DNA of 64,000 bases, from positions 32,001-96,000 of IMG/VR virus record IMGVR_UViG_3300022930_000001. One strand, 5' to 3'. A model generated the notes under the pieces. That model did no database searches. It was not told where the DNA came from and was given only the letters and a program-made list of their open reading frames with translations. A program made the position numbers and the translations under genes. The stretch comes from a virus. This document shows positions 34,101 through 46,300 of the stretch, piece by piece. Each line of letters starts with the position of its first letter. Positions within the stretch are counted from its first letter, which is position 1.

Positions 34101-37100
34101 TGCTAAATTATTTAATTTTATAGCTTCTTCATTTAATTCTAAATTAGTAAAATCTTCAAAAGATTTACCTTCAAAATCTAATTTATGCTTTTGCAATAAC
34201 TCATTTGTATTTTCTATTTGATTCTCAACCTGAGTAAAAAGAGGTCTAAAATTATTTGTCAATTGTAAATGACGAATTGTAGTAAATATTGCATTTAATT
34301 CTGAATACTTAATATCTCTACGACCTTCTATTACTGGAGCTTCATTAATAGTTTTATATAATGAATTAAGCTTTTGAATATATTTATCTATTTGTTCATT
34401 ACCTGTTTTTTCATCTCTAACAGGAATAGGTTGTAGATATTCTAATTCATCATCTGTTACAGTAGCATTTCCTATTTTAAGTTTATTAAGTATTTTCTTA
34501 TTACTGATTTTCTTAAAGTTTAATACAATAGGTATTGCTCTAGTATCTCCAAATTCTTTAACTCCATAAGCCTCACGTAAAATATTTTTAGTTTGACCTA
34601 TGTATTTTTGCATAGATTCACGCTGAGTTTTAGATATGTCTTTTTTAGGCTCATTTATGAATTCCCAAGTAAATATATCTACTTCTCCTGAAGGTTTAAC
34701 AGCTAAGAAATCTGCAGTAGTTACTCTTGATTTAGCTTCATTATAAAGAATAGTATTATAAAGGAATTTAGTTCCTTTAGGATAAGTTAAAAGCCTTTCC
34801 TTAATATTTTTATCTAAAGTATCATAAAACTTTTGAGAAGCTGCTAATTGAGAATCATTAGTTTTTTCTAAAAATTGATCTCGCAAAGAACCATCCTTAT
34901 CTATATAAAGATTTAGTATATTATTAATATCGTTTTTACCTTTTTCTGAATATTCAGATATAAATTCATCCTTATTATTTTCAGAAGCAAAAGAATATTT
35001 AATTACATTATCATTAATTTTATAAATATTATTTTCTTTAATTACTTTAGAATTAATATCTTGAATCGAATTAATTATTTTAGATTGTTCTTGTAAATTA
35101 TCTTCAGGATTTACTAAACGATAATAAATTTCACCAAGATCTCGCTTTTGATCTATATTTACTTGATTCCATTCATTACCGTATTCATCCTTTATACGAA
35201 CTATATTATCCTTACCGTATATCTTATTAAGAGTATTCTTTACTCTATTCTCGTAGAAGTCATATATGGGTTTGAGTGCTGCAAAACCCTCAGATTCAAC
35301 TCTTTTAAGTTCTTCTTTAAGTTGGCTAATTTCATTACTATTATCCTTTTTACCAACTATAATTTGGATGCTTGCATCTGCTGCATTTTTTGCAGATTCT
35401 GCTTGTTCCTTTGTGCTATACGTTTCTGTCCAAGCTTCTTCAGATTCAATATCTTTAAAATAAACTTCCCATTTATCTCTTTCAAGTTCTTTTATCCTAT
35501 CCTCTTTCTGTTTCTTAAAGTCCTCTATAGTCTCGTGACCCTCTACCTTACTAGCTGTATCTCCAGTAGGGAATAATACTTTCTCATATCCTTTCTTAGC
35601 ACTATCCTGTACTATTGTCTTGATGAAGAAGTTGATCCAGTTACCTTCTTTATTAAGAAGTTGCAGAAAGTTATTTTTATTCTCATTTCTTTGGATAGTA
35701 CCTAGGTAATCATCATACTCATTCTGAGTAATTTTGTTTCTTGCCAGCATATCGTCTATAGTAGATTTCTGCATATTCATTGCAATTAAATCACCCTTAT
35801 CTCTACCCTTCTGAAAGAGATCTGATTGTAGTTCAAGTATTCTACGTGTTTTAGTATTACCAAATGAATTAACCTTATTTATTTGTGTATTCTGAAATTC
35901 TTCCCAAGAATTATATATACCCAAACTTATTGCTTTACCAAAGTTTGAACCTATAGCTTCTTTGAATACTTCAATCTTGTTATCACTTAATTCTTCGTAA
36001 GAAAGATTATCTTCATCTTTTGTTACATAATTACTACCATCTGTATTCAACTTATCATCACTTCTAAACCAACCTATACCATTATCAGTAGCAAATTGAG
36101 CGTGGCCTTTGATTGAAGGAGTAATGCCCGGAGTGGATATTTCATTTTCAGTATAGTTAGTACCTCCGGGAACTGCGAGATTGGAATAATAATCAGTATT
36201 ATTTCCTTTATTAAGAGATTCTATTTTATTAATTTCCTCTTTTGTTGCAGGAATTTCATTTTCATAACCCTGTGAAGAATTCATCCATTGCCCCCTTACA
36301 TTTCTAAACCATTTTCCATCTATTTGGACTTCTTCACCTGTTATTTTATCAGATATTCCCGCACTTCTAGCAGTATTTACCTCTACAGTATAAGACATTT
36401 CTGCCATTATACCTAATTCAGCTTCTTCAAGAGTATTTACTTTATTAGTTTGTAGCCATTGTTTTAAAATATCTACTTGTTGTTTAGGTACGCCTAAATC
36501 TTGTGATAATTTGTTAAAGAATACCTCTTCATTACCTTTTTTATAGATATTATTGAAGAATGTATTTGCTTTAGATTCTCTAAGAGCTTTTACTAATTTT
36601 AAAGTTGCATTTACTGCATTTTGATTTTGGTTATTAAAATATGAACCATTTGCAAATTGAACATCTGCAATTGTACCTGTAAATAGCTTATTACCTAATA
36701 AATAATCCGTTGTTTCTTCAAATGGATTAAATCCTGGTTTTTTAAATATATTTTTAAGCCAATCCAATAATTTAGATAACCATTGTTGGGCAATATTCAT
36801 TTTTTCAATATCCTCTGAAGGATATGTGAATGAATCTACTTCATTAGTATTACCTTCTTTTTTAGCAAGCATTTCTGCAATGAGTTTACCCATTGCTTCT
36901 TTCTTGAGCTTTTTAATATCTTTTTTACCATCTGTTTGATAAGAAGGATTATTAACATATAGTGGATCTTGCATAACTAGATCAAATATCTTATATTGAC
37001 CTATTTTATTAAACATCTCATTATAAAGCTTAGGATTAGTCTGCTCTATAATTTCAACAATCATGTGTGCTGCTTCTTCACCTATAGTAAAGCGTTCATC

Positions 37101-37394
37101 TCCATCAATCATTGCAATAATACCTTTTAAAGTATCTGCAAATCCTACAGATTTATCATTATTAGTATAATATTTCCATTCATCTTTAGAGAATTTATGA
37201 ACATCAATACCTGCTTTTTCAAGAAAAGTATTTACTTTTTTTATTGTTTTATCACTAAGTTGTGTATCTGTAGCGGTTTTACCAATAATTTTATTAAATA
37301 CTCCTTCTGAAGAACTTTGTTCAGTAGCAAGTACCTTAGAAAGTTCTTCACGAGTATAAATTTCACCTTTGTATTTTAAAGAATTACATTTCAT
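31173..37394 (-). CDS. large virion cargo/ejection protein (crAss vRNAP-associated) with zincin-like and polyvalent-protein-like domains
   Basis: 2073 aa, follows the vRNAP gene. EEAAH zincin-like motif, ELQSDLFQKGR module, C-terminal hydrophobic helices (LLVLGLISMFLAA). Confidence 0.7.
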   Translation of the reverse strand: MKCNSLKYKGEIYTREELSKVLATEQSSSEGVFNKIIGKTATDTQLSDKTIKKVNTFLEKAGIDVHKFSKDEWKYYTNNDKSVGFADTLKGIIAMIDGDERFTIGEEAAHMIVEIIEQTNPKLYNEMFNKIGQYKIFDLVMQDPLYVNNPSYQTDGKKDIKKLKKEAMGKLIAEMLAKKEGNTNEVDSFTYPSEDIEKMNIAQQWLSKLLDWLKNIFKKPGFNPFEETTDYLLGNKLFTGTIADVQFANGSYFNNQNQNAVNATLKLVKALRESKANTFFNNIYKKGNEEVFFNKLSQDLGVPKQQVDILKQWLQTNKVNTLEEAELGIMAEMSYTVEVNTARSAGISDKITGEEVQIDGKWFRNVRGQWMNSSQGYENEIPATKEEINKIESLNKGNNTDYYSNLAVPGGTNYTENEISTPGITPSIKGHAQFATDNGIGWFRSDDKLNTDGSNYVTKDEDNLSYEELSDNKIEVFKEAIGSNFGKAISLGIYNSWEEFQNTQINKVNSFGNTKTRRILELQSDLFQKGRDKGDLIAMNMQKSTIDDMLARNKITQNEYDDYLGTIQRNENKNNFLQLLNKEGNWINFFIKTIVQDSAKKGYEKVLFPTGDTASKVEGHETIEDFKKQKEDRIKELERDKWEVYFKDIESEEAWTETYSTKEQAESAKNAADASIQIIVGKKDNSNEISQLKEELKRVESEGFAALKPIYDFYENRVKNTLNKIYGKDNIVRIKDEYGNEWNQVNIDQKRDLGEIYYRLVNPEDNLQEQSKIINSIQDINSKVIKENNIYKINDNVIKYSFASENNKDEFISEYSEKGKNDINNILNLYIDKDGSLRDQFLEKTNDSQLAASQKFYDTLDKNIKERLLTYPKGTKFLYNTILYNEAKSRVTTADFLAVKPSGEVDIFTWEFINEPKKDISKTQRESMQKYIGQTKNILREAYGVKEFGDTRAIPIVLNFKKISNKKILNKLKIGNATVTDDELEYLQPIPVRDEKTGNEQIDKYIQKLNSLYKTINEAPVIEGRRDIKYSELNAIFTTIRHLQLTNNFRPLFTQVENQIENTNELLQKHKLDFEGKSFEDFTNLELNEEAIKLNNLAEALEIYKDIDLYFEDFFKENLDKHKDDLKDIKQLAAEARSASKNVKLIFNKFTSKYISEKRNIRDLLEAEKSVNTVDRNFRTLSSAPTKAVQTYWLIAEEFRNKTELQTQDYVERLIQIEKDLKESYKSKRLKISDYKKLIEKQVSGKGVNQLIDKYSSEFYKELKNKIEAKDYKWIKANIDVVKFEKWINDYKANKIKQIDESTYLGDKEEQANAKTKAKLDLEYITNLNSNVPYTNLIGLRQFPTDKWLSKEYQELQKNESVLALYNYALEINTKAKESEYLTAQKYKNFLPFIRKIIAEKFVFGGSFNPIESLISSLSIDDESVGYGNFNPLTGEIEDTIPKYFTSDISQAKIDKDGNSYQDYSNVSDDIFKNLAIYTKQVVEYENKKNVEGLANALYFVEKNKQSLQINQYGNLIKDALQFPNESNEVNSKFLKNYIKNNLYGQKYITSESSDVLLGKVGEGIANKWNSIAETMNNRFGTTLPKVSDEIKTRNLSLVKVIDAGNRMFTMKTLGLNVASSIAQFMGGNFQAFVTEGKYYNKSEFFAAEWKFATHKFIGDKENVHLAMMKTFLPLGDESLQRMMNNMSLSNLTKHSASDLIMSIMRNADSVVQYANFLAMMDNAIVIDKKLVNARAYYASTKEYQNRYNLSEADSRKLEKDFDNKVKELKEQFGVAKKANVVDGKFKIGDATEESIHKYRSLVQQIGKRAAGNISPNDESQIRFTILGRSFMMFKNWVPNLIYQRAQPLSYIAGTDSYEWGKMRMAIRYFSWNLLPNIKKIYDTVYATKDGINGLQKLYEQKKKDYFEKNNKQLEMTEAEFYDLVRQNLRSQVKDTLLVLGLISMFLAAKYFAPEDDEDKTTKAAYGYYLRTMDNITQEMSFYYNPMSLQHILSGGIFPGLGVLSDITKIFTNLATEIFGYTIGDQDLVDSTHPVKYIMKTFPVTKEMLNYIAIFEPEAAQEMGIVINSKAGR

Positions 37395-37397
37395 AAA

Positions 37398-40300
37398 TTA
37401 GCATTGTGGCTCAATTTCGCCATCATTAATCATATTATCAATTTGTTGATCAATAGAATTCTTCTCTTCAGAAGAAGATATTTCAGGATTTACAATATTA
37501 GGTAAATTTTCTGATATATCCAAATTTTCTTGTATATTCTGGGCTTTATTTGTATTTAATCTATTTGCATAAGCTCTTACTATTTCTTGCATAGATAATT
37601 CATTTTCAATTTTATATCCCGCATTATTAGTAACTGAAGGTCTGATATCAGTATAATACTCTTGAAGTTTCATACCATCACCTAATGGATTAATAGGTAC
37701 ATAAAGATAAAATCCGTTATCAGAAACAAATCCACTTGAATAGGTATTGAGTATTTCTATAGGTGTACCTGTTTCATCTTCCACTCTTTGCAACAATATA
37801 GTTCTTTTATTAGTTTCATTTTCTGCATCTATCGGTGTTGGATAAGTATTCATAGTTATAAAACTATTATTTGCAACACCTTTTTTAGAAAATATTTTAT
37901 AAAGAGTATATTTATTATCTGTTATTCCTTTAGATTCTTTTAGGGCACTAAACCATTGTGGAGTACGTGGAAATTTATATTTACTTAATAAAGTATCATC
38001 AAAATCTTCATTAATATTTGGAACTAAATCAGTATTTTTCCAATTATTTCTAAAGAACTGTCCTGTTTGAACAAATTCCTGAAGATTTGGTGCTCCAGTA
38101 ATATTTTTTAACACATCTGCTATTTTAGTAGAATAATCTTCATAAGGAATAAATTTACTAAAAGCAATTGGTGATTGTCCTAAGCCTGATTGAAGAATAG
38201 AAAGATCTATTATGTTAGAGTATAATTCTTGTGTAATAGGGTTATCTCTTAATTCTCTAAAAGCATTAGTATAAACATCTGCTGTAAATACATCTTGAGG
38301 CTTCTGAGCAATAGTTATGTTTTTAACTTCACTGCGTTTGTTACCTACTAAAGATATTAGTTCTTGTAATATTTTATTATTAGCAAGATCTGAATTTTTA
38401 TGATTTTTAGTAAGATCTTTCTTTAATTCCCAAACTTGTTTTGCAAGATTCTTTTCAGTATCAAGCATAAGTTCTTGAATCCTAGTATTTGTTCCTAAGT
38501 TAGTTTGCACTATATAAGAAAGATAAGATTCTTCTACTTGCCTTGCTGCTTTTTCAAAATTTATACCTGAAGAAGGTAATTGAGATAAAACTTTTTCTAT
38601 ATTACCACGTATAATATCATTATAAATACTATAAGACTGGCTAATTGCTTTAGAAGATTTTTGAACCTTATCTACAACAGCTCCCAAGCTTGTATTATCT
38701 AATAAACTATTTATTGATGTCCAAATATTATTAGTTTGCACAGCAACTAATAAATTAGTTTTTCTAAACTGCTGATTAGGCTCAGACTGAGGGTTTGTAT
38801 CATAAGAAGTTGCTCTTTGAAAGTTAAAAAGATGTGTTGCAAGAACACTATATTTTAAATATTCATAAAGAATAGTTTTTTGCTGTTCATTCTCTTCTTG
38901 TGTAAATTTCTTACCTGAATAGAATTTTTCTATATTTCCTTTAAGAGATTTAGTATCTATACTATTTATAGTAATTGGATTAAGTAAGATACCATTTTTA
39001 AAGAACTGTGGTAATAGACCAAATTTAGATAAAATATCTTTTATATTTTTATCATTATAAAGCCAAGCTGTTTTTCTATCATTAAGAAGTTTATTATACT
39101 CACGTATAATAGGTTGATTTAAAAAGAATATTACATCTCTATCTGGTACACCAAGTTTTTCAAGGAATAATCCTGTACTAAATGAAGCTGTATTCTGAAA
39201 TAATTGTGTTACCCAAGGATCTTTTGCAATATCCACTGGTCCATCTATATAACGAGATATTTTATCAGATATAAATTCACCTGCTTTATCTTTTGCTTTA
39301 GATAGTGTGGGAAGTGTTTTTCCTTCAAATACAGTTGTATTATGAGGTAACATTATATTTGCGTTACCTATCCATTTTCTTTCATTATCATCAAGTTTAT
39401 CTAACTGTTCAGGATTTAATACAATCTGTGTAGATTGATTTAAAGCATTATTAGTTTGAGAAGATGCTGATATACCAACCCATGCCTTACCTATTAGGAA
39501 TAGATGCCTCATATTGGACATATACTGCCTATTAAGGATTGATTTATCCTTAGCACTACTAAACTCATTAGGAGCTATAGTTTCAAGCTCTACACGTAAA
39601 GCTTTACCTATATCTGCAGAGTTAGGACGTATAAGTCGTTCATAGTTTTCAGGAAGAAGTATTAAATCAGAAAGAGAATCAAAATATTCATTCTGCAATG
39701 ATTCACCATACATTCTATCTGCTATTTTATTAACAGAATAAATATCAAAATCATCTCCTAGTATTTGAGCGATATATTCTTCATCTGTACCATTAAATTC
39801 AATATCTATTTCATCAAATTTAGCTCTAGCTTCTTTACCAAAACCAAAATAAGGAATAGGCTTTATATTACCTGATTCATCAAGATATATATTCTTAAGA
39901 TAAGTATTTAGTTTATCCACATCAAAGTCACCACCAGATTTAGTAGTAATTGCTTCAGGAAGAACTATTGTATCTCCCATCCATTTAGGTATAAAACCTT
40001 TAATGATGAAAGCTTCTACAGAGTTTAATTCCTGTGTAGGAATACGATAGCCAATACCTTTTAATACTTCTCTACCTTCTTTAGTATTATTTAAATGTTC
40101 AAGAATATCTGCTTCAGAGGCGTTTTTCCACCTTTTACTTGTTTTAATTTTATCCCAAAAGAACATTGGTAATAATACTTCCATTCTACCTACAGAAGTT
40201 CTTATTCCTTGCTCATTATAAGTAGCAGAATAGAATTTTAATCCATTAGATACAAGTACATCTTTACCATCCTTTTTAGCTTTCTTTACTGTTCGTCCAC

Positions 40301-43300
40301 CTATCTCAAAGCCTGTACCTGCTAATTGTATTTTAGGGCCACCATGCATTTTTGGTTTTGCAATAAGCTTGTCAACAAAACTGTAAAGAATATCTTTTAT
40401 TTGTTGATAATTAGACATTGCTTCAAAAGGTATTATAAAATTACCATCTTTACCTACTTGTATTGCATCCTTAAGATTTTGAGGAGATTCTCTTCTAAAG
40501 AGTTCATTTTTAAGAAGTTTTGCAACTTTATTTTTATCTGGAGCTGTAAAATAACCACTTTTATCTTTTATTCCAAGCTTCTTTAGAAGTTCTTCATAGC
40601 CATAATTAGTTATATTACGTAATGCTTCATTGTGGCGTTCTATTTTTTTCTGAATAGCTTCTGTTTGTGCTTGACCATTATCCCTAAGATTAACTATTCC
40701 AAGTTTAGATAACTGACTACCAAGCGGACCTTCGTAATGACCACCTGCAGTTTCAACTTGAACTCCATAATATCTATGTGGTACATTAACAATTGTATTA
40801 TATTTGTCTTTATTTACAGAACCATCTTCGTTATAAAGACTATCTGCATTTTGACCACCAAGTTTACGACCTGATTCCATTATTGCATATCCAATACCTT
40901 GCTTCCACATTTTTAAATAATGCGGTTCAAGTGCAGTACCTCTTACAAAAGTATAAGATAATGGAGCAAGAGATGTTTTATCAAGAAATATCTTTCCATC
41001 TAAAGTAATACCTGAGCCAATTGGTTTAATAACATGGAATTGTGCTTCACCTTTATAGCCTTCAGCTACTTTTTTAGTATCTTGAACTTTAAGACTTGGT
41101 TTATAGTAATTTGCACTATCTTTATCATCATTAAGATGACCATCTTCATACATTGCTTGCCTATCTAGAGCAGTTACATACTGAAATAAGGCTTCATGAT
41201 CCTTACTGAATCTTCCACCATTCTTATAAAGAATTTCTCTATATGCAGGTAAAAATGCCCATGACTGTCCATCTGAAGGATTAGTTATTTCATAATCATC
41301 AGCATATTGTGCAACACCTTCAGATTTATCATTAACAATACTTACAGCATCACCTAAATCGGTTCTTGCATCACTAGTTCTTAAATCTTTAATAGTTACT
41401 GTAGGAATAAATTCTTTATGCTTCCAATAACCATAATCATTAGGAGTAAGTTCAATATTTTCAGCTTTATTTAGTTCTTCATTTAAAGATCTGTTCAAGG
41501 CTTCGGAAGCGTACATAGCACTTTCTCTTGGAGAAAAGAATGATTTGTAACGTTTAAGAGGATCTTTAATTACAGAAGGATCACCAAAATACATCTTATG
41601 CATTTCGATATGATTAATCATATAATTAGTTTCAGTAAACTTAAATAACTGAGTTAATTCAGCTTCTGTAAAAGATTTACCCAAATGATTTGTAGCTAAA
41701 AATTCATCATCAAGTCCTTTTAATATAAACTTATCAGGAGTATTTTTATTAGAAGTAATTACATTGTTATCTTTCAAATATTTAATTATTGAAGTAACAT
41801 TAGTGTCTATATAATTAATAAATTTATCTTTATTTAAATCTACAGTACTATAATTACTATTAAAATCTTTATGATACATAGTAGACTTATAAATAGACTG
41901 TTCATTCTTATCTAGTTTGATCTGTCCTTGTGTATCTGTAGCAATTCTTTTTTCAGTTTTATAGTAATTATTAAAAGTTCTATATATTACATCATTAACA
42001 TCATTGTTTGCAAATCTATCAAAAGGTACTATGTGTTCCATTTTAAGCATCCACTCTGTCTGAGCATCTGCGGGAACAAGCATATAATAATTCTTTTTAA
42101 GATTCATGTTTATTTGTTCTAGTAAACGAACAGGCGCGATCATTTTACTAATAGGTGTTTCTTCATCAGCTTCAGAATTAACTAAACCTTGATTATAACC
42201 TATTTCAATAGATTTACCTGTTTTCTCACCTTCTTCTGTAAATAAGAATTTATTTAAATAAACTGAATCAGAACGATAATCTTCTGTTATAAATGGTAAA
42301 CGCTGAATAAGATCATCTTTATCCTTACTACCATTTATATCATTAGTTAAATTAGATATAAAATTATTACCTACAAACTGCTGTTGTTTTTCACCATCAA
42401 TATTAGAAAAAGTAGATGTAGAATCTTCATTACCCCTAAGATATAAAGCAGCAATCTTATTGAAATTACCTGCACTATTCAAAGTACTTGGTGTTATATC
42501 AATAACTTTATTTTTATTCTTTAAACTATTATTCAAATTAAGAACGGCTTTACTAAATTCTGTTTTATCAGATTCAGAAAGTTTATTATAAATTTGGTTA
42601 GTAAAAGGAATATTAAGATCGTTAAGATACTGTAGCTTATCAATAGCTGTTTTAAGAGGATTTGAGGCTATTTTAGAGCCATTAAATTCATATTGGTTGT
42701 CTTTGTCTATCTGTACAATATTATTAGGACTAGATACTGCTAATTTAAGTGTATCTAACCATTCTTGAGCTTTAGATTTAACAAGTGCATTTGTATTAAT
42801 AGCACGTACTCTTGAACCAGATTTACCTTCTTCATCCTTTCCTATAAAATGTATGTAAGCGTCAGGACGTTGTTTAGACATTACATTAAAGAATTTAGTA
42901 CGTAAATTCCATGTATCTAAATCAACATTTGCCTGACCTATTTTTAATCTTTTATTTAAAGAAACATAGTTAGGATAATCTTTAGCAAGATCCATTAATC
43001 TTTGTTCTTTTTCATCCCAAGTATTCACATCCCATAACTGATTAAGTAAGAAATTAAAAGTCTTACTATAGTTAGCCATCTTAGGCATTAAAGTAGCAGT
43101 ATCTAATACTGGTTTAGTTCCTTTAGTTTTATCTATAGGATCAATATAAGTTGTTTCAGGTAATGTTGCCATCAAAAGCTTTACTGAATTAGAAGCATTC
43201 TTTTTAGCATCAACCTTAAATGAATTTACTAAATATCCTTCAGGATTATTAGCAGCATATTCGGTATTCTCAGCTTCTTTATTTGGATCTTTTTCAATAT

Positions 43301-46300
43301 CTAAATCAAGAATAGATTCACCAGACAAATCTGCAACAATACTAAATGTTTTTAAATATTCTTCAACTAATGCGTTAACATTTTTATTATCTGCTTTAAT
43401 AGAATCCCAAATCTTAGTAAAATTAGCAAATTGAACCTCGTTAATTCTACCTGCTTTTAATAATTGTGGTACTTTAACTGTAAATAAGTTTTCTACATTT
43501 TTAAGAACTTTATTATAAAGATCTTTTACAGCATGTTCAGAACCTATTTCATCAAACTCGATAAGATTTCTATTATTTGCAAATAGTTCTCCCATTATAT
43601 TATAAGTTAAACCTCTTACAATATTATAAGAATCAGATTCTGTTAAATTAAGAATACTGTATTCTGCTCCATTATTATTTGCTTCAGATATATAAGCAGA
43701 AGTTTTATAATAACCTGTATTGATTTTATCAAACATTTGTTTGATCTTACTTTGATCAATACCTAGCATTGATTTAATAAAATCTACAAATTTCTTAAAA
43801 AATCTATAAATTGCATTTTGACCTTGTTTAGGTTCAGAATATAATTCATTATTTAATACATAATTACCAAGTTCCTCAGCAAGCTGTTCTTTGGCTTCAT
43901 GTTCTGTTGCTTTAGAATAAGTGATCGCTTTACCTGTTTCAGAACTAATAAAAGAACCTGTACGAGCGTTAAATTCCTTAAGAACCTCTTTACGTTCTTT
44001 TAGAGTAGCAAAATCTCCCCATATAGCTTCAAAGCCTTCATGTTCAATTGTACCTAGTTTAGCATTTTTATACCAAGACGCAACTTTATTGAAATAACTT
44101 CCCCAAGCATAACCACCACCTGTAACTTTTATTAAATGGTTGAGTCTACGGCTATCTACAGGAATATTCTCCTTAAACCATGCCTCTGATTTAGCTAAAT
44201 TATGTTCAGTATAATTCATAGAATTAAGTACTGTTCTAAAAGCTTCTTCATTCCAATCACCTAGATCTAAACTATTTATATCACCCGGTGCAATATTAGT
44301 TTTATCTGAAGGTTTAGTAACTTCTTCTTTACTTATTTCTTTAACTTGCTCTTGTATTTTTTCTTCATTAGCAACAGTGGTAACAGGATTTTCTTCTTGT
44401 ATATTACTATTTGTAATGTAGTTATCTACTTGTTCTAATAAATAGTCTTCAGCTAAAGCCTTAGTAGGAGTTTCTTCATTAAAATATTCTAAATAACTAA
44501 TAAAGTCTTCTGTAGGATTAGTTAATAATGAAGTAATATATTTTTTATAATTACCATCACTAACTATTGCAATTGCATTATTTCCAGCTTTATTTTTAGT
44601 AACTGAAAAACGTAAATCTCCAATAGAAGTTTTATAAGTATTAACTGTTTTTCCATTAAACTGAATTCCAGTAGATTTAGTTTCAACAGGAGTATTTACT
44701 GTTATAGGTGTTTCTTCAGTTTTTGTTTTTGATGCTGATTTAACTTCCTGCTTTATAATTGTATTAAATAATGGAGCATTTTCAGATACACTATTACCTA
44801 TTACAGCATACTTGCCTATATAGTTACTATCATTAGGTACTGTGCCATTAATTGGCCTTACAGGAGTCTTAAATGGTATTTCTAAATCACTTCTAGTTTT
44901 ACCTGAGAGTTCGTTTTCTGTTTCTTCAATATCATACTTATTAGAAAGCAAATAATGCTGATAACTATTCCAAGTTATTGCATTAATATCACCATTATCA
45001 TTTATAGATAATTCTCTAAAAGGAGTATTATTTTGTACATATTTATTATTAGCATTTACAAAAATATTAGAAAATGCTTCTTTAATAGCTTCTTGATTAT
45101 CAAGAATTGCTTTAGATGTAAAAGGTGTACTATATTTACCAATATTCAGTATTCCTTTATTAAGATATACTTGACTATTACCAATAGTAGAACCTTCTTT
45201 AACTTCTCTCCAGTACATAATACCTCGAAAATATGTTAATATTTCTTTGTTAAAATGACCAGTTGCTTTAGCTTCAGTTACAAACTTTTTGAGTAAATTA
45301 TAAACATTATTTACTTCATTTTCTGTAAACTTGCGATTATTAAGTTTTTCTACAGTATTACCATTTATAAGTACTAATTTACCTGAAGGAATATTTAATG
45401 TTTCATTATTAGGTGTTACAAATTTTCCATTAGAAACTTGCAATAAATTTCCTTTAGATAAATCACTATGTTTTATTAATGTACCTACAGCAGAATTATA
45501 TTTAATATTATTTTCCGCATCTAATTCTACTTCTGGAAAACCTCTAGAAATATTGAAATTATACATTTCAGGATTAGCTGAATTATTAGCTAATATTATT
45601 TCTCTTTGTTTTTGCCAAGCTTCATTATCTGCTTTAATATATTCTTTAGAAGTATCATTTCTCCAAGGAGATTCTTCACCTGATAGATATTGTTCTTTAG
45701 CTATAGGCATTGTACCTATAATTAAATTATTAATATCTATTTGTGATATTCTTAATTTTTCTATAGCTTTTTTATCCGCTTCAGGAAATTCATTCCAAGC
45801 CAGATTTTTAGCATCATTAACAGATGCACCTTTGTTTATAAAATCATTAATTCTATCTTGTAAATTTTCTTCTAATTGATTTAATGCAAATTGATTATCA
45901 TTAGACAAAATATTTCCTTCAGAATCTAGATATTCAAATTTATCTTTATTCTGTTTAACAAATATTGCTAATACTGGTGTAAGTTTTGGATCATTTATAT
46001 CATAAACTGCTCCATAACCACCTTCTAACATTTTTTCAACTAAACCATTAAGACCTAATGCTTCTTGATTATTTTTATGTACAAAAATAACTCGTGCATT
46101 GTCCTTTACATCTTTCTTGAAAGTATCAAATTTAGAAAAAAATCTTTTCTGAAGTTTATAATATTCTTTAGTAGAATTACTATTACTTGTTGTAGAACGA
46201 TTTACTATTTCTTTAGCTTTCTTAGCTGCTTCTCTACTTTTAATTTCTGCTTCAGTATTTTCGTTAGTATCTTCACCTGAAGATAAATCGGGAGCAGTAT

